A stretch of 64,000 bases of DNA from an uncultured Candidatus Saccharibacteria bacterium (GTDB lineage: Bacteria > Patescibacteriota > Minisyncoccia > Phycocordibacterales > CAIZLB01), in the NCBI GenBank assembly GCA_964550955.1, contig CAZKAF010000001.1:393920-457919 (forward strand). Reading direction: 5' to 3'. The stretch's first letter is position 1. Each line of letters opens with the position of its first letter. Shown one piece after another: positions 9,573 to 20,068 of the stretch. The notes under the pieces were generated by a model. That model did no database searches. It was not told where the DNA came from and saw only the letters and a list, made by a program, of their open reading frames with translations. Both the position numbers and the translations under genes were made by a program.

Positions 9573-11963
9573 ATGACACAAAATAATCAGAGTCAGGAAA
9601 GCCTGGCAAATCCTGGTCAGACATACCAGGAACCGGACATACCGAAAATCCTATTGTCGCCTTACAACCCTCAGGCAACCGAACCTGCAGTGATCAGCAT
9701 AGAAGAAAAAAGCGGCCTTGCAAATCCCGACGTCTGCATCAAGGAGGGACTGACTTCCGAAGACGCCGAGAGCTTCTCCATCATTCTCCCTCCCCCGAAC
9801 GTGACGGGAACGCTTCATCTCGGGCACGGCCTCATGGCGACGCTTCAGGACATCAGCATCCGCTTCGAGCGGATGAGGGGAAAGAAGACGCTCTGGATTC
9901 CCGGAACGGACCACGCGGCCATCGCGACGCAGTCGAAAGTGGAAAAGGACATTTCAAAGAAAGAAGGCAAGAACAGATATGACCTCGGGCGCGAAGAATT
10001 GCTCAACCGAATCAACGCATACGCCACGCAGAGTCACGACACCATCGTCTCTCAGATCAAGAGAATGGGCGCGAGCCTGGACTGGTCGCGAGAAGCGTTC
10101 ACGCTCGATGAGGCCCGCAACAAGGCGGTACGCACCGTATTCAAGCAGATGCATGACGACGGACTCATCTACCAGGGAGACAGAATCGTAAACTGGGACC
10201 CCAAAGGGCAGACGACCATTTCCGATGACGAAATAGTGCACGTGGAAGAAAAGACCAAATTCTACTATTTTAAATACGGGCCTTTTGAAATAGGCACTGC
10301 TCGGCCTGAGACAAAATTCGGCGACAAATACGTAGTGATGCATCCTGATGACAAAAGATATGCCGATTACGAGCACGGCCAAAAGATCAGCCTGGAATGG
10401 ATCAACGGCCCGATAACCGCCACGATCATCAAGGACAGCTCGATCGACATGGAATTCGGAACGGGCGTCATGACCATTACTCCATGGCACAGCGCCATCG
10501 ACTTTGAAATCGCGGAACGGCACAATCTTGACAAGGAGCAGATTATCGACAAATACGGCAAGCTCTTAAAGACCGACACGGTCGGCGAATTCGGCGGCAT
10601 GAAGATTTCCGAAGCGCGACAGAAAATAGTCGAAAAGCTCAGGGCAAAGAATCTTGTCACGAAGGAGGAAGATTACGTCCACAATATTGCCACCGCGGAA
10701 CGAACCGGCATGACAATCGAGCCCCAGATCATGAAGCAATGGTGGGTCGCCGTGAACAAGCCGTTCAAGATGCGGCATTCTCACATCGACGGAATCCGGA
10801 CGGGCGAGCAGGTTTCCCTCAAGGAAATCATGCAGAAGGCCGTGTCGGAAGGGCAAGTCTCTCTCCTGCCCGAACATTACGAGAAGACGTACTTCAACTG
10901 GATCAACAACCTGAACGACTGGTGCATTTCAAGGCAGATTTGGTATGGGCACAGGATTCCCGTTTGGTACAAGAAAGATGCCGAGGGCAACGTGCTGGAA
11001 ACTCGCTGCGAAATCCTTTCTCCCGAAGAAGCGGGCCTTCCTGACGCCGCGGAATGGATGCAGGACGAGGACACGCTCGACACCTGGTTCTCCTCGGGGC
11101 TTTGGACATTCTCGACCATGGGATGGCCCGACGCCTTTGACGGCGCGACCGGCAAGGCGAAGGCCGGAACGGACCTCGCAAGGTTCCATCCGACAAGCAT
11201 CCTCATAACCGGCCCGGACATCATCTTCTTCTGGGTTGCCCGAATGATTCTCATGACCGGCTACGCGCTCGGACAGACTCCTTTTGAAACGGTGTATTTC
11301 AACGGAATAATGCGGGACATGCAGGGCAGGAAAATGAGCAAATCGCTCGGAAACGGCGGAGATCCGATGGAAATCGCCGAAAAATATGGAGCGGATGCCC
11401 TTCGGATGTTTTATGCGATGGCAACGGCGCCCGGAACGGACACCCGCGTGGACGAAAACAAGATCAAGGGCTTCAAGAATTTTGCCAACAAGGTCTGGAA
11501 TATCACCAGGTTCGTGCTTACGGCCGTGAAGACAGCCGGACCGGGCGGGGCGGAAATCGCATACGATGCCGAATTCAGGGATTGGTCGGAGAGGGATATC
11601 GAGCGCATCAGCGAGCGCGACGAGGTTCTCAAGAACGTCACGAAAGAAATCGAGGAATACAAATACCATCTTGCTTCGGAAAAGATGTATCAGTATGCAT
11701 GGAGCGCGTTTGCGGACGTCATTCTCGAAGAAAGCAAGGCCATATTCAAGGGAGAAAGCGGCATAACCGAAGAGGACAAGGCGTCCCGCGCGCAGTTTCT
11801 CCTTCACACGCTCAGAATCCTCGTGACCGCGCTGCATCCGTTCATGCCGCATGTCACGGAAGAAATCTGGTCGCTCCTGGGCACGGCCCGAAGCCTGACT
11901 GAAAAGAATCATGCTACAATAAGACCGACCGATCTTTTGATGGCGCAAAAATGGCCGTACTAA
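9573..11963 (+). CDS. valS: Valyl-tRNA synthetase (short form, no C-terminal coiled-coil)
   Basis: PPPNVTGTLHLGHG (HIGH region), WIPGTDHAAIATQ, KMSKSLGN. 796 aa. Preceded by TTTTCTGCTAGACT-N9-ATG. Confidence 0.8.
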   Translation: MTQNNQSQESLANPGQTYQEPDIPKILLSPYNPQATEPAVISIEEKSGLANPDVCIKEGLTSEDAESFSIILPPPNVTGTLHLGHGLMATLQDISIRFERMRGKKTLWIPGTDHAAIATQSKVEKDISKKEGKNRYDLGREELLNRINAYATQSHDTIVSQIKRMGASLDWSREAFTLDEARNKAVRTVFKQMHDDGLIYQGDRIVNWDPKGQTTISDDEIVHVEEKTKFYYFKYGPFEIGTARPETKFGDKYVVMHPDDKRYADYEHGQKISLEWINGPITATIIKDSSIDMEFGTGVMTITPWHSAIDFEIAERHNLDKEQIIDKYGKLLKTDTVGEFGGMKISEARQKIVEKLRAKNLVTKEEDYVHNIATAERTGMTIEPQIMKQWWVAVNKPFKMRHSHIDGIRTGEQVSLKEIMQKAVSEGQVSLLPEHYEKTYFNWINNLNDWCISRQIWYGHRIPVWYKKDAEGNVLETRCEILSPEEAGLPDAAEWMQDEDTLDTWFSSGLWTFSTMGWPDAFDGATGKAKAGTDLARFHPTSILITGPDIIFFWVARMILMTGYALGQTPFETVYFNGIMRDMQGRKMSKSLGNGGDPMEIAEKYGADALRMFYAMATAPGTDTRVDENKIKGFKNFANKVWNITRFVLTAVKTAGPGGAEIAYDAEFRDWSERDIERISERDEVLKNVTKEIEEYKYHLASEKMYQYAWSAFADVILEESKAIFKGESGITEEDKASRAQFLLHTLRILVTALHPFMPHVTEEIWSLLGTARSLTEKNHATIRPTDLLMAQKWPY

Positions 11964-12709
11964 ATTCGCTTTTACAATTCATCCAATCGCCCTCGGTAGT
12001 AGTTGAAATCTTTTTCATCTCCTTTTTGGGCGGGCTTCTGCCGGCGCTCGTCTGGCTTTGGTTCTGGATGCACGAAAGCCACGATCACAAGGAACCGAAA
12101 AGCATACTTTGGATGACGTTCCTGGCAGGCATGGTCGGAGTCCTTTTCGTATTTCCGCTTCAGGCAATCATCGGGTATGCCACGGGAATACCGTTCGATT
12201 CGACCGACAAGACCAACATCTTCATATGGGCTGGAATCGAGGAAATAATCAAATACTACTGCGCGTATGCCGTGGCGCTCAGGCTCAAGCCGAACGTCTT
12301 CGACGAGCCCATAGACGCCTTCGTGTACCTCATGACGGCGGCCCTCGGATTCTCGGCCCTCGAGAACATGCTGTTCCTGATCGGGCCGCTTCTGCAAGGA
12401 GAAACGCTCGTGACGCTCATGACCGGCAACCTCAGGTTCATGGGCGCGAACCTGCTCCACGTCGCGTCCTCCGGCGTCCTTTCCCTTTTCATCGCATATG
12501 CATACTACAAGCCGATATATCTCCAGCGGATATGGACATTCGCGGGACTTGTGACGGCCACCCTGTTGCATGCGCTCTTCAACTTACTTATAATACTACT
12601 AACGGAGGTGCAGAAAGGAATGATTTTCGTCGCCTTCTCATATGTCTGGATTACGCTGATTATTCTCATCCTTGCACTTGAAAAGGTAAAAACTATTAAA
12701 GAATTTTAA
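11951..12709 (+). CDS. PrsW-family intramembrane metalloprotease-like membrane protein
   Basis: Polytopic protein with EExxK (GIEEIIKYY) and HxxxN (LHALFNL) motifs characteristic of the PrsW/CPBP protease family. Overlaps the valS stop by 13 nt. Confidence 0.5.
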   Translation: MAVLNSLLQFIQSPSVVVEIFFISFLGGLLPALVWLWFWMHESHDHKEPKSILWMTFLAGMVGVLFVFPLQAIIGYATGIPFDSTDKTNIFIWAGIEEIIKYYCAYAVALRLKPNVFDEPIDAFVYLMTAALGFSALENMLFLIGPLLQGETLVTLMTGNLRFMGANLLHVASSGVLSLFIAYAYYKPIYLQRIWTFAGLVTATLLHALFNLLIILLTEVQKGMIFVAFSYVWITLIILILALEKVKTIKEF

Positions 12710-12719
12710 TTATTACATT

Positions 12720-13205
12720 ATGAAAAAGCGATCTTTTTTTGAACGACTAACCGGAAGCGTGAACATGGACGAAGACGATTTTTTCCAGCCCGAAGAAGTG
12801 GTGGAAGAAGTTCAGGAAATCCGAAGGCCGAACATCCAGTCCGGAAAATCATCATGGATGGAGGAACAGGCCGGCGAAGGAGAGCTTTCGGTGGATGTCT
12901 ACCAGACTCCGGATGACATCATCGTCCGAACGCTCGTTCCTGGAGTCAGGAAGGAAGACATGGACATTTCCATCTCGCGAGATTCCATCACGCTCCGAGG
13001 CTCAAGACGGGAAGAAAAGACAATCGCCGATCAGGACTACATGGTCCAGGAGCTCTATTGGGGCTCATTTTCGCGCACCGTGCGGCTTCCCCACGAAGTC
13101 GACATCGAGCGGGCCGAGGCCGTCGAAAACCAAGGGGTCCTCACCATCAAGCTTCCGCGCATCGACAAGGACAGGCAGACAAAGCTCAGAATCAAGTCCA
13201 TCTAA
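12720..13205 (+). CDS. Small heat shock protein, Hsp20/alpha-crystallin family
   Basis: Alpha-crystallin domain: VDVYQTPDDIIVRTLVPGVRKEDMDISI...GSFSRTVRLP...NQGVLTIKLPR. Confidence 0.85.
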   Translation: MKKRSFFERLTGSVNMDEDDFFQPEEVVEEVQEIRRPNIQSGKSSWMEEQAGEGELSVDVYQTPDDIIVRTLVPGVRKEDMDISISRDSITLRGSRREEKTIADQDYMVQELYWGSFSRTVRLPHEVDIERAEAVENQGVLTIKLPRIDKDRQTKLRIKSI

Positions 13206-13273
13206 AGGAGACCCGCCCGTCTTCCTGCTTGGAGCCTCTTTTGCTGCAAATCCTCCCCGCCCCCCCCTGCATC

Positions 13274-13308
13274 AAAAAAAACACCTTGCCGAAGCGAGGT
13301 GTTTTTTA
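13274..13308. terminator. Bidirectional terminator between hsp20 and rpsP
   Basis: A8 run, stem acaccttgc/gcgaggtgt with loop cgaa, then a T5 run. Confidence 0.65.
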
Positions 13309-13319
13309 AGTAAGGAGAT

Positions 13320-13619
13320 TTAAGCCGCGACTTCTTCTTTCTTCGGAACGGACTTTTTAGGGAGAACGTTCTTTTTCTTTCCTTCGAGAACCTTGTTCGT
13401 GACAAGAAGGTTGTGAGCCGTGTCGGAGACCTGAGCGCCCATTGAGACCCAATGCTTGATTCGGTCCGCTTTCAAAATGGTACCGTCCTTTCTGAAGCTG
13501 TGAGAGCCGAGGATTTCTAAGAATTTGCCGCTCTGAGCAGCGTTTTTTGAGTCAGTAAGGACCAACCGGAATGAAGGCTCGTTCTTTCGTCCAACTCGTT
13601 GTAGTCGTATCATTAACAT
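13320..13619 (-). CDS. rpsP: 30S ribosomal protein S16 (with K-rich C-terminal tail)
   Basis: MLMIRLQRVGRKNEPSFRLVLTDSKNAAQSGKFLEILGSHSF...HWVSMGAQVSDTAHNLL matches S16. Start chosen at MLMIRL rather than the longer ORF-track start at 13709. Confidence 0.8.
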   Translation of the reverse strand: MLMIRLQRVGRKNEPSFRLVLTDSKNAAQSGKFLEILGSHSFRKDGTILKADRIKHWVSMGAQVSDTAHNLLVTNKVLEGKKKNVLPKKSVPKKEEVAA

Positions 13620-13730
13620 AAGTGCGTAGATAGTATCAAAAAAGCCCCAGGGCGTCAATCTCGGGCTCTGCAGCCTGAAAATAACGCTCTGGGGCCTCCG
13701 GGGGCACATGACGCCTGCAAATGAACGGCT

Positions 13731-14480
13731 TCAGATGTGCGGGAAACCCTCCCCTTCGGTCTGATCGTCAGGGTCAGAATCAGCATCTTTCATTTCTTCC
13801 AGATACTTTTTGCCATGCCCAATATCCGTGCGGACAGGGCGCGACCGGAGCCAGCCGGGGACCTCGGACTCCTTCCAGCTTCGCGCCTCGAGAGTCATGA
13901 TCGACCGCAAGTGCTCGACGCCGAGCATTTCCGCCGTGACTCCTCCGCGGTTGCAGACAGCGACCACTCCGCGAACGAAGCCTCCTGCTTCGCGGACCGC
14001 TTCGGCGGTCTGGCGAACCGAACCGCCGGAAGTGATGACGTCCTCAACGACGATGACACCCTTTCCCTTGACCAAGGCATCGTAACCGCGTCCGAGGGCA
14101 AAATCATCTCTGATTTTTTCAGCAAAAAGCGTTGACACCTCGGAGCCTGAAAGGCGGCAGTATGCCGAAGCGGTGACATGGCTGAGGATGATTCCGCTGA
14201 CTGCCGGTCCGACAATGCATGACGGGCTGCCGCAGTTATCCTGAGGACTGCACATGTCGGCAATTTCCTTTGCCGACTCCGCCATCATGCGTCCGACAGC
14301 CTCGCTGTCAGTCGGATAAATGAAAAGCTTATTCTTATTGAAATATGTGTCAGAATGCATCCATTCGCCCGTGACTGGATCTTTTTTTGACAAAATCACG
14401 TGCGTGTCCGTCACGAGCACGCCTCTTCGTTCGCAGATTTCGCGAAGAGCTTTTTCCCTTGCTTCTTGGTCTGGGTACAT
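13731..14480 (-). CDS. pyrE: Type I phosphoribosyltransferase, orotate PRTase-like
   Basis: PRPP-binding motif VIVVEDVITSGGSV and IVGPAVSGIILSHVTA resemble PyrE. Acidic C-terminal tail. -10 TAGACA 9 nt before the ATG. Confidence 0.5.
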   Translation of the reverse strand: MYPDQEAREKALREICERRGVLVTDTHVILSKKDPVTGEWMHSDTYFNKNKLFIYPTDSEAVGRMMAESAKEIADMCSPQDNCGSPSCIVGPAVSGIILSHVTASAYCRLSGSEVSTLFAEKIRDDFALGRGYDALVKGKGVIVVEDVITSGGSVRQTAEAVREAGGFVRGVVAVCNRGGVTAEMLGVEHLRSIMTLEARSWKESEVPGWLRSRPVRTDIGHGKKYLEEMKDADSDPDDQTEGEGFPHI

Positions 14481-14622
14481 GGGTCAATGTGTCTATTGGT
14501 TTGGTATTTGTTTGGTGCAAGCTTCCAGAAATGGCCGCTATGCGAGAACGGGTCCTTATGGTCCGTAAATAAAGTACTCCATTATGCAGTCTTGTCAATT
14601 TCTGGTAGCATATAGGCTATAT

Positions 14623-16737
14623 ATGAACAATAAACTCATAGGGGCAATATCCCTGAACGCCAAAGGAAAGGGCTTCGTGCAAGTGGAAGGCCGGGAAGAA
14701 GACGTGCCGGTAGAAGCGCAGGACATAGCCACTGCCCTGCCCGGCGATACCGTTGAAATAGAGCTTTACAACGGCTTTAGGGGCGCTGAATACGGCAGAG
14801 TGACGAAGGTCATGGAACGACGAAAGCTGCAGTTCGTGGGAACGATCATGAAGGGCGAAAACACCTCCTGGTATATTCAGGACCCTGAAGGATATGGAGA
14901 TATCAAGGATACGCATGTCCTGGCTCCGGACGACCGACGGGCAAATATCATCATTAAGATTTCTTCCCCTGACGCGCGGGAAAGCGTGAAGGCCCTTGCG
15001 GCAATTGACGCGGAAAACTGGTCCGAACGAGACGGACGAGTGCCTCCGGGATCGCTTGTCCGCGTAATAGGCGAGAAAGGCGAGAACAATGCCGAGATGG
15101 AATCCATCGTGCTCGAACGCGGGTTCGACACGACATTTGACGACGAAGTCGTCGCTCAGGCAGAAGATGCTGCCAAGGAATACAGCTCCCTCGCCCCTTC
15201 GGCGGAAGAGCTGGCTTCTCGCCGAGACATGCGAGGCGTATTCACCGCAACCATCGACCCGTTCGATGCGAAAGACTTCGACGATGCCCTTTCCATCCGA
15301 CCGCTCAAGCCCGAGGAAAGGCGCGCCTGGTCGCATGAGACAAAAAGCTACGGCGGCGAGGCGCTGCCGGAAGCATTTTATGAAGTAGGCATCCATATCG
15401 CGGACGTGGCGCACTATGTCCGCCCCGGAACGGCGCTGGACATCGAGGCCCGGAAGCGCGCCTTTTCCGTATATCTCGTAGACCGAACCATTCCGATGCT
15501 TCCTTCGGTTCTCTCGAACGGCATGTGCAGCTTGAACCCGCACGAAGACCGATTCGCCTTTTCTGCCATTTTTACCATGACAAGAGACGGCCATATTTTA
15601 GACAAATGGTTTGGCCGAACGATAATACATTCGGACAAGCGATTCTCATATGAAGAGGCGCAGGAGGTTCTCGACAAGGTGACGCTGAAAAAGCCCCTCG
15701 CGGAAAGCGACGCCGTTTTCAATGAAGACACGGTGAACCCGGACAATCCGGCGGCTTGGCAGGTCGCGCCATATGCCGTCGAGCTCGTCGAATTCAACAG
15801 GCTGGCAAAGCAGATGCTCAAGGGCCGAAAGGAAAAAGGCTCAATAGACTTCGAAACGACCGAAATCAAATTCAAGCTCGATGAGCTCGGACGACCCATC
15901 GCCGTATATAAGAAAGAAAGGCTTGATGCCCACAAGCTCGTGGAGGAATACATGTTGCTCGCGAACAGAGAAGTGGCAGAGTTCGTATCAAAAAAGAATA
16001 AAGAAATAAAGACTGAAAAGTCCGGGGTATATCGAGTTCACAATACGCCGGACATGGAGCGGCTGCAGGACCTGGGCATATTCGTCCGCGCGCTCGGATT
16101 CGAATTCCATCCGCACAAGAACATTTCCCCGAAAGACATTCAGAAGCTTTTGCATGAAATAGAAGGATCGCCTGCCGAGCCGATCATCAAGATAGCGACG
16201 CTTCGCTCAATGGCCAAGGCAACCTACTCGACAGCAAACACAGGGCACTTCGGCCTCGCTTTTGACTATTATACGCAGTTCACGTCCCCTATCCGACGAT
16301 ACCCCGACCTCATGGTTCATCGCATTCTCGCACTTCTGCTTGAAGGCAAGACTGTTCCGCAGCATATGGCCGTGACGCTTGAGCGAATCTGCATGGACTC
16401 ATCACGCCGGGAAGTTGAAGCGGCTGACGCGGAGCGAGCTTCCGTGAAGTACAAGCAGGTAGAATACATGATGAGCAAGATCGGACAGACATTCGAAGCT
16501 ACAGTTTCCGGCGTTGCCGAATGGGGCATGTACGTCGAAGAACCTGAAGCCAAGGCGGAAGGACTTATCCGGCTCAAGGACCTGAAACCGGACGACTTCT
16601 ACAGCGTCGATCAGAAGAACTACCGCGTAGTCGGGCAGAACACGAAAACGCAGTTCAACATCGGCGACAAGATCAAGGTAAAGCTCGTCAGCGCGGACCT
16701 CGACGCCAAGATGCTGGATTTTCAGCTGGTGGCGTAG
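14623..16737 (+). CDS. rnr: Ribonuclease R (RNB family 3'-5' exoribonuclease with C-terminal S1 domain)
   Basis: RNB active-site region FTIDPFDAKDFDDALSI, HIADVAHYV, C-terminal S1-like GDKIKVKLVSAD. Start taken at MNNKLIG (14623), directly after TGGTAGCATATAGGCTATAT; the ORF-track start at 14584 has no promoter context. Confidence 0.8.
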   Translation: MNNKLIGAISLNAKGKGFVQVEGREEDVPVEAQDIATALPGDTVEIELYNGFRGAEYGRVTKVMERRKLQFVGTIMKGENTSWYIQDPEGYGDIKDTHVLAPDDRRANIIIKISSPDARESVKALAAIDAENWSERDGRVPPGSLVRVIGEKGENNAEMESIVLERGFDTTFDDEVVAQAEDAAKEYSSLAPSAEELASRRDMRGVFTATIDPFDAKDFDDALSIRPLKPEERRAWSHETKSYGGEALPEAFYEVGIHIADVAHYVRPGTALDIEARKRAFSVYLVDRTIPMLPSVLSNGMCSLNPHEDRFAFSAIFTMTRDGHILDKWFGRTIIHSDKRFSYEEAQEVLDKVTLKKPLAESDAVFNEDTVNPDNPAAWQVAPYAVELVEFNRLAKQMLKGRKEKGSIDFETTEIKFKLDELGRPIAVYKKERLDAHKLVEEYMLLANREVAEFVSKKNKEIKTEKSGVYRVHNTPDMERLQDLGIFVRALGFEFHPHKNISPKDIQKLLHEIEGSPAEPIIKIATLRSMAKATYSTANTGHFGLAFDYYTQFTSPIRRYPDLMVHRILALLLEGKTVPQHMAVTLERICMDSSRREVEAADAERASVKYKQVEYMMSKIGQTFEATVSGVAEWGMYVEEPEAKAEGLIRLKDLKPDDFYSVDQKNYRVVGQNTKTQFNIGDKIKVKLVSADLDAKMLDFQLVA

Positions 16738-16866
16738 TCGGTGTTCAGGTTGACATTTCTTTTGCCACGATTATCTTGCAATAAAAAAACAGGCGTCACG
16801 GCGCGCATGAGAGACCGAAGTCAAACATGCGAACCATGACGCCCGCGTCGGGAACAAGCCCGTCCT

Positions 16867-17358
16867 TTACGCCGCCGTTGCCTGCCTGAGCACGAGTTCG
16901 GCTTCCCGCAGGTCGGGACGAGAGTCGAAGCTTTCAACGACAGGGTCATTATGCGGCTTGAAGCCTTTTTTGCCCGCGCCCTTTTCCGGAAGCGGCTGCG
17001 AGGAACTCGTTTGACCCAGGAAATGCTCGAGCTGCGACCCCTGAACGACAAGCTGGAGAAAAATTATCCCCTTTTTCTTGTCGGCAATTGCCAAGCCGTG
17101 CATCTTGTCGGCTTTTTCCAACTGGCACATCTCGCCGCCGGCCCGGTATTCAAACGGGAGCTTCGCTTTTTTCTTCGAAGCCGCGACCACGGCAAGCGCC
17201 TGGCAGCAGGGAGTCGTAATCTTTCTCCCTGTCATCCATTCATCATCGGCATCTTCCACCGACGTGATCCTGACAAGCGCTTCGCCGCTTTTGCCGATCT
17301 CCTCAACGACGAAGTTGAGCGAGACGGCGAGGTATCCTTCAATTGCATGTTTCTTCAT
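16867..17358 (-). CDS. Hypothetical protein (163 aa)
   Basis: ORF with normal codon composition. No motif I can assign with confidence. Confidence 0.35.
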   Translation of the reverse strand: MKKHAIEGYLAVSLNFVVEEIGKSGEALVRITSVEDADDEWMTGRKITTPCCQALAVVAASKKKAKLPFEYRAGGEMCQLEKADKMHGLAIADKKKGIIFLQLVVQGSQLEHFLGQTSSSQPLPEKGAGKKGFKPHNDPVVESFDSRPDLREAELVLRQATAA

Positions 17359-17578
17359 ATCGCATTATCCCTATCACATCTTGGACTACTGCTTCTGCCA
17401 ACTCACGAATGACAGGAGAGTTCGGACGGTTTCAAGGCGCCCGCTTGTTTGAATGACGCATGAGGCCTCGCGGCGGCATGCGCGTGAATTCGTCCATGTT
17501 CTTAAACACGTTTCGGACAACCAACCCTGACTGCCCGGCATTTGCTTAAAGACGATGAGAATCGGAACTCCGGTGATT

Positions 17579-17606
17579 ATTATATAATATTATCCTATAA
17601 TGTCAA
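17579..17606 (-). promoter_or_regulatory. Strong minus-strand sigma70 consensus promoter (TTGACA-N16-TATAAT), about 225 nt upstream of the 16867-17358 gene
   Basis: Reverse complement reads TTGACA ttataggataatatta TATAAT. Overlaps the smc terminator hairpin cagcggaag/cttccgctg. Confidence 0.45.
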
Positions 17607-17692
17607 ATCAGCGGAAGGCTTCTTCCGCTGTCTCGAAACTGCGATTCCGCAAAAAATTCGAAGCGCAATTAAGAAGGGGCCGGAAAGGAGGC

Positions 17693-20068
17693 TTACTTGG
17701 CCACCGCTACCGCGTCATCGAAGGCGATGGAGAGCGTCTTCGAGTATCCTTCCCCTCCCATCGTCACGCCGTAGATGACGCCGGCGCGGGACATCGTCTC
17801 CCGATTATGAGTTATCAAAATAAGCTGCGAGTGCTTTGAAAGCGCCTCGATCATGTCGCCGTACTTTCGCGAGTTTGCCTCGTCGAGGGCAGCATCCGTC
17901 TCGTCCAAAATGACGAATGGCGGCGGATTGACCTGGGACATGGCAAAAAGGAGCGCGATGGACGTGAGCGCCCGCTCTCCGCCCGAAAGCATTGTCAGGC
18001 CCTTGATCCGCTTATGAGGCAATGAGACATGGATGTCAATTCCCTCTTCGGCCGGCGCGTCATCCGCAAGCTCTTCTTGAAGCGCCAGGGACAAGTCGCC
18101 TCCTTCGTCAAACTCGCCGGACCCGGCCTTTTTCCTCCGCCTTCGCTCTTCGCGAATCAATTTCAGCTCGGCCGTGCCGCCGCCGAACATGAGCCCGAAG
18201 AACTTATTGAATTCCTTGTTGATTTTTCCGATGCCCTCCTTGAACAGCCCGTCGAGCTTCTGATTGAGCTCGGCTATGAGATTCTTGAGGGATTCCGAAG
18301 AAGTTATGAGATCCTGCAATTCTCGCGCCAGGAACGCGTCTCGCTCCTCGGCTTCCTTGAACTCGCGCATGACGTCGTCGCCTCCCGCTCCGCCCATTTC
18401 CTCAAGGCGAATCTTGGTCTTCTCAATGGCCCTGCGCTTTTCAACCTGGACAGACCGGGGCTCTCTTTCAGGAGACGCGGAGGAAGAGTCCCCGGCGTCG
18501 TTTCCCGCGTCAGCCCGCTGATAGTCAACGGCATCGCGCCCGACAAGCATTCCCGCCTCATAGACCTCCCGCTTGAAATCCTCTTCCTCGACTCGCACGC
18601 GCTCTTCCTTGGCCTTGATCGTTTCCAAGTAACTGTGGAGCTCGTTTTGCCGAGACATTATGACCAGAACGGCCTTTTCGCTTTCAACATTTTTGTCTCG
18701 CTCTTTGTCAATATCAACCTTGATGCTTGAATATCGCTCAGACTGGGCAATCTCTTCCTCCGAATACACCTTCATCCTTTCTTCAAGAACCGCCATCTCT
18801 TCCGTGACTCTCCTGATTTCAGATTCCTCAGCCGCCGTATCGACGACATGAATCTGTTCGGCGTCCTTATGATGCGCGACGAAGCCGCCGATGCTTTCCT
18901 TGATCTCGCCGAGCATCTGCTTGACGTATTCGAGGCGATTCTCAATGCTTTCATTTCCATGCTCCCCCTCTCCGTTCAGGGCCTCGACGGCAACGGTCGC
19001 TTTCACGTCGATGTCGCGCTGTATCCGCTCGACGTCCCGCAGGTAAACCTGCTTCGTGCTGACGGCCGGCTCCGAATGTTCCTTGAGCTTCTTGTCGATT
19101 GCCCTCTTGAGGTACGAGACCTCTCCCTCCAGCCTGCCGAGCTCGCGCGTGCATGAATCTTTCTTGCTTCGAGTATCGCGCATCTCCTGCTCAAGCGACA
19201 GCAAGTCGGACATCTTCGAGCTCTGTCCCAGATTTGCCTTGGCCTCGTCGAGAATCTTCTTGTGATGGGCCAAATCCTTATGAAGCGAATCGAGCTCGGC
19301 CTGCGGAGCTTTCTTTTCCTCGGCAAGCATCGTCTTCTCGGCCTTCAGATATGCGTCTTCTTTTGCAAAATATGCCTTATACAGCTCTATGAGCTCCTGT
19401 CTCAAGGCGACGGACTTCTCGACTTTCTCAACTTGCTTGCGCAAGAATTTTATATGCGGGGCAATTTCGCGACGGAGCGATTCAAGCTCCTTGACATGGT
19501 TCGCGGTCTTGTCGAGCTTTTTCTCGCTCTCTTCCTTTTTATATTGATAGACCTTGAGGCCGAGCGCGTCCTCTATCATTTCCCGCCTGTCCTTGGGCTG
19601 GGCGGAAAGAAGCCGATCAGCTTCGCCTTGCGAAATGATGTGGTGGCCGGACGAGCCGATGTTCGCATACGCCAAAAGCTCGACGACATCCTTGAGCCGC
19701 ACGAGCGTTCCGTTTATGAAATACTCGTTGACGCTGTCCCGGTGCACCACGCGCTCGATGGATATCTCGTCGAAATCCATGTTGAACATCCTGTTCGTAT
19801 TATCAAAGACAACTTTCACCGAAGCCCTGTTCGCGCGGGCGCTGTCCTTCCCGCCGTTGAAAATCAGGTCTTCGCCTTTCTTGCCTCGCATGGACTTGAG
19901 CGACTGCTCGCCGAGCACGAACCGGAAAGACTCCGCGACGTTCGACTTGCCCGAACCGTTCGGACCGACGATGGACGTGATGGGAGAAGAGAACGTCAGG
20001 GAGCTCTTTTTCGCAAACGACTTGAAGCCGTTTATTTCCAGGGATTTGAGGCGGGACACGAATGACAT
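17693..20068 (-). CDS. smc: SMC-like chromosome segregation ATPase (short, 791 aa)
   Basis: Walker A GPNGSGKSN, long coiled-coil, ABC signature LSGGERALTSIALLFAM, Walker B FVILDETDAALDEAN. About two-thirds the length of canonical SMC. Extended -10 TGATAGAAT 7 nt before the ATG. Confidence 0.75.
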   Translation of the reverse strand: MSFVSRLKSLEINGFKSFAKKSSLTFSSPITSIVGPNGSGKSNVAESFRFVLGEQSLKSMRGKKGEDLIFNGGKDSARANRASVKVVFDNTNRMFNMDFDEISIERVVHRDSVNEYFINGTLVRLKDVVELLAYANIGSSGHHIISQGEADRLLSAQPKDRREMIEDALGLKVYQYKKEESEKKLDKTANHVKELESLRREIAPHIKFLRKQVEKVEKSVALRQELIELYKAYFAKEDAYLKAEKTMLAEEKKAPQAELDSLHKDLAHHKKILDEAKANLGQSSKMSDLLSLEQEMRDTRSKKDSCTRELGRLEGEVSYLKRAIDKKLKEHSEPAVSTKQVYLRDVERIQRDIDVKATVAVEALNGEGEHGNESIENRLEYVKQMLGEIKESIGGFVAHHKDAEQIHVVDTAAEESEIRRVTEEMAVLEERMKVYSEEEIAQSERYSSIKVDIDKERDKNVESEKAVLVIMSRQNELHSYLETIKAKEERVRVEEEDFKREVYEAGMLVGRDAVDYQRADAGNDAGDSSSASPEREPRSVQVEKRRAIEKTKIRLEEMGGAGGDDVMREFKEAEERDAFLARELQDLITSSESLKNLIAELNQKLDGLFKEGIGKINKEFNKFFGLMFGGGTAELKLIREERRRRKKAGSGEFDEGGDLSLALQEELADDAPAEEGIDIHVSLPHKRIKGLTMLSGGERALTSIALLFAMSQVNPPPFVILDETDAALDEANSRKYGDMIEALSKHSQLILITHNRETMSRAGVIYGVTMGGEGYSKTLSIAFDDAVAVAK

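Noticed and set aside
13258-13267. C8 homopolymer as a phase-variation tract (also T8 at 22855).
   Set aside because: Both are intergenic and outside promoter spacers or coding starts; no gene whose frame or promoter spacing would be switched.
16867-17358. Cytidine/tRNA deaminase call for the 163-aa protein, based on HAIE near the N-terminus and PCCQ downstream.
   Set aside because: The H-A-E motif would sit at residue 4 with no preceding beta-strand, and PCCQA does not match PCxxC spacing. There is no upstream in-frame extension.
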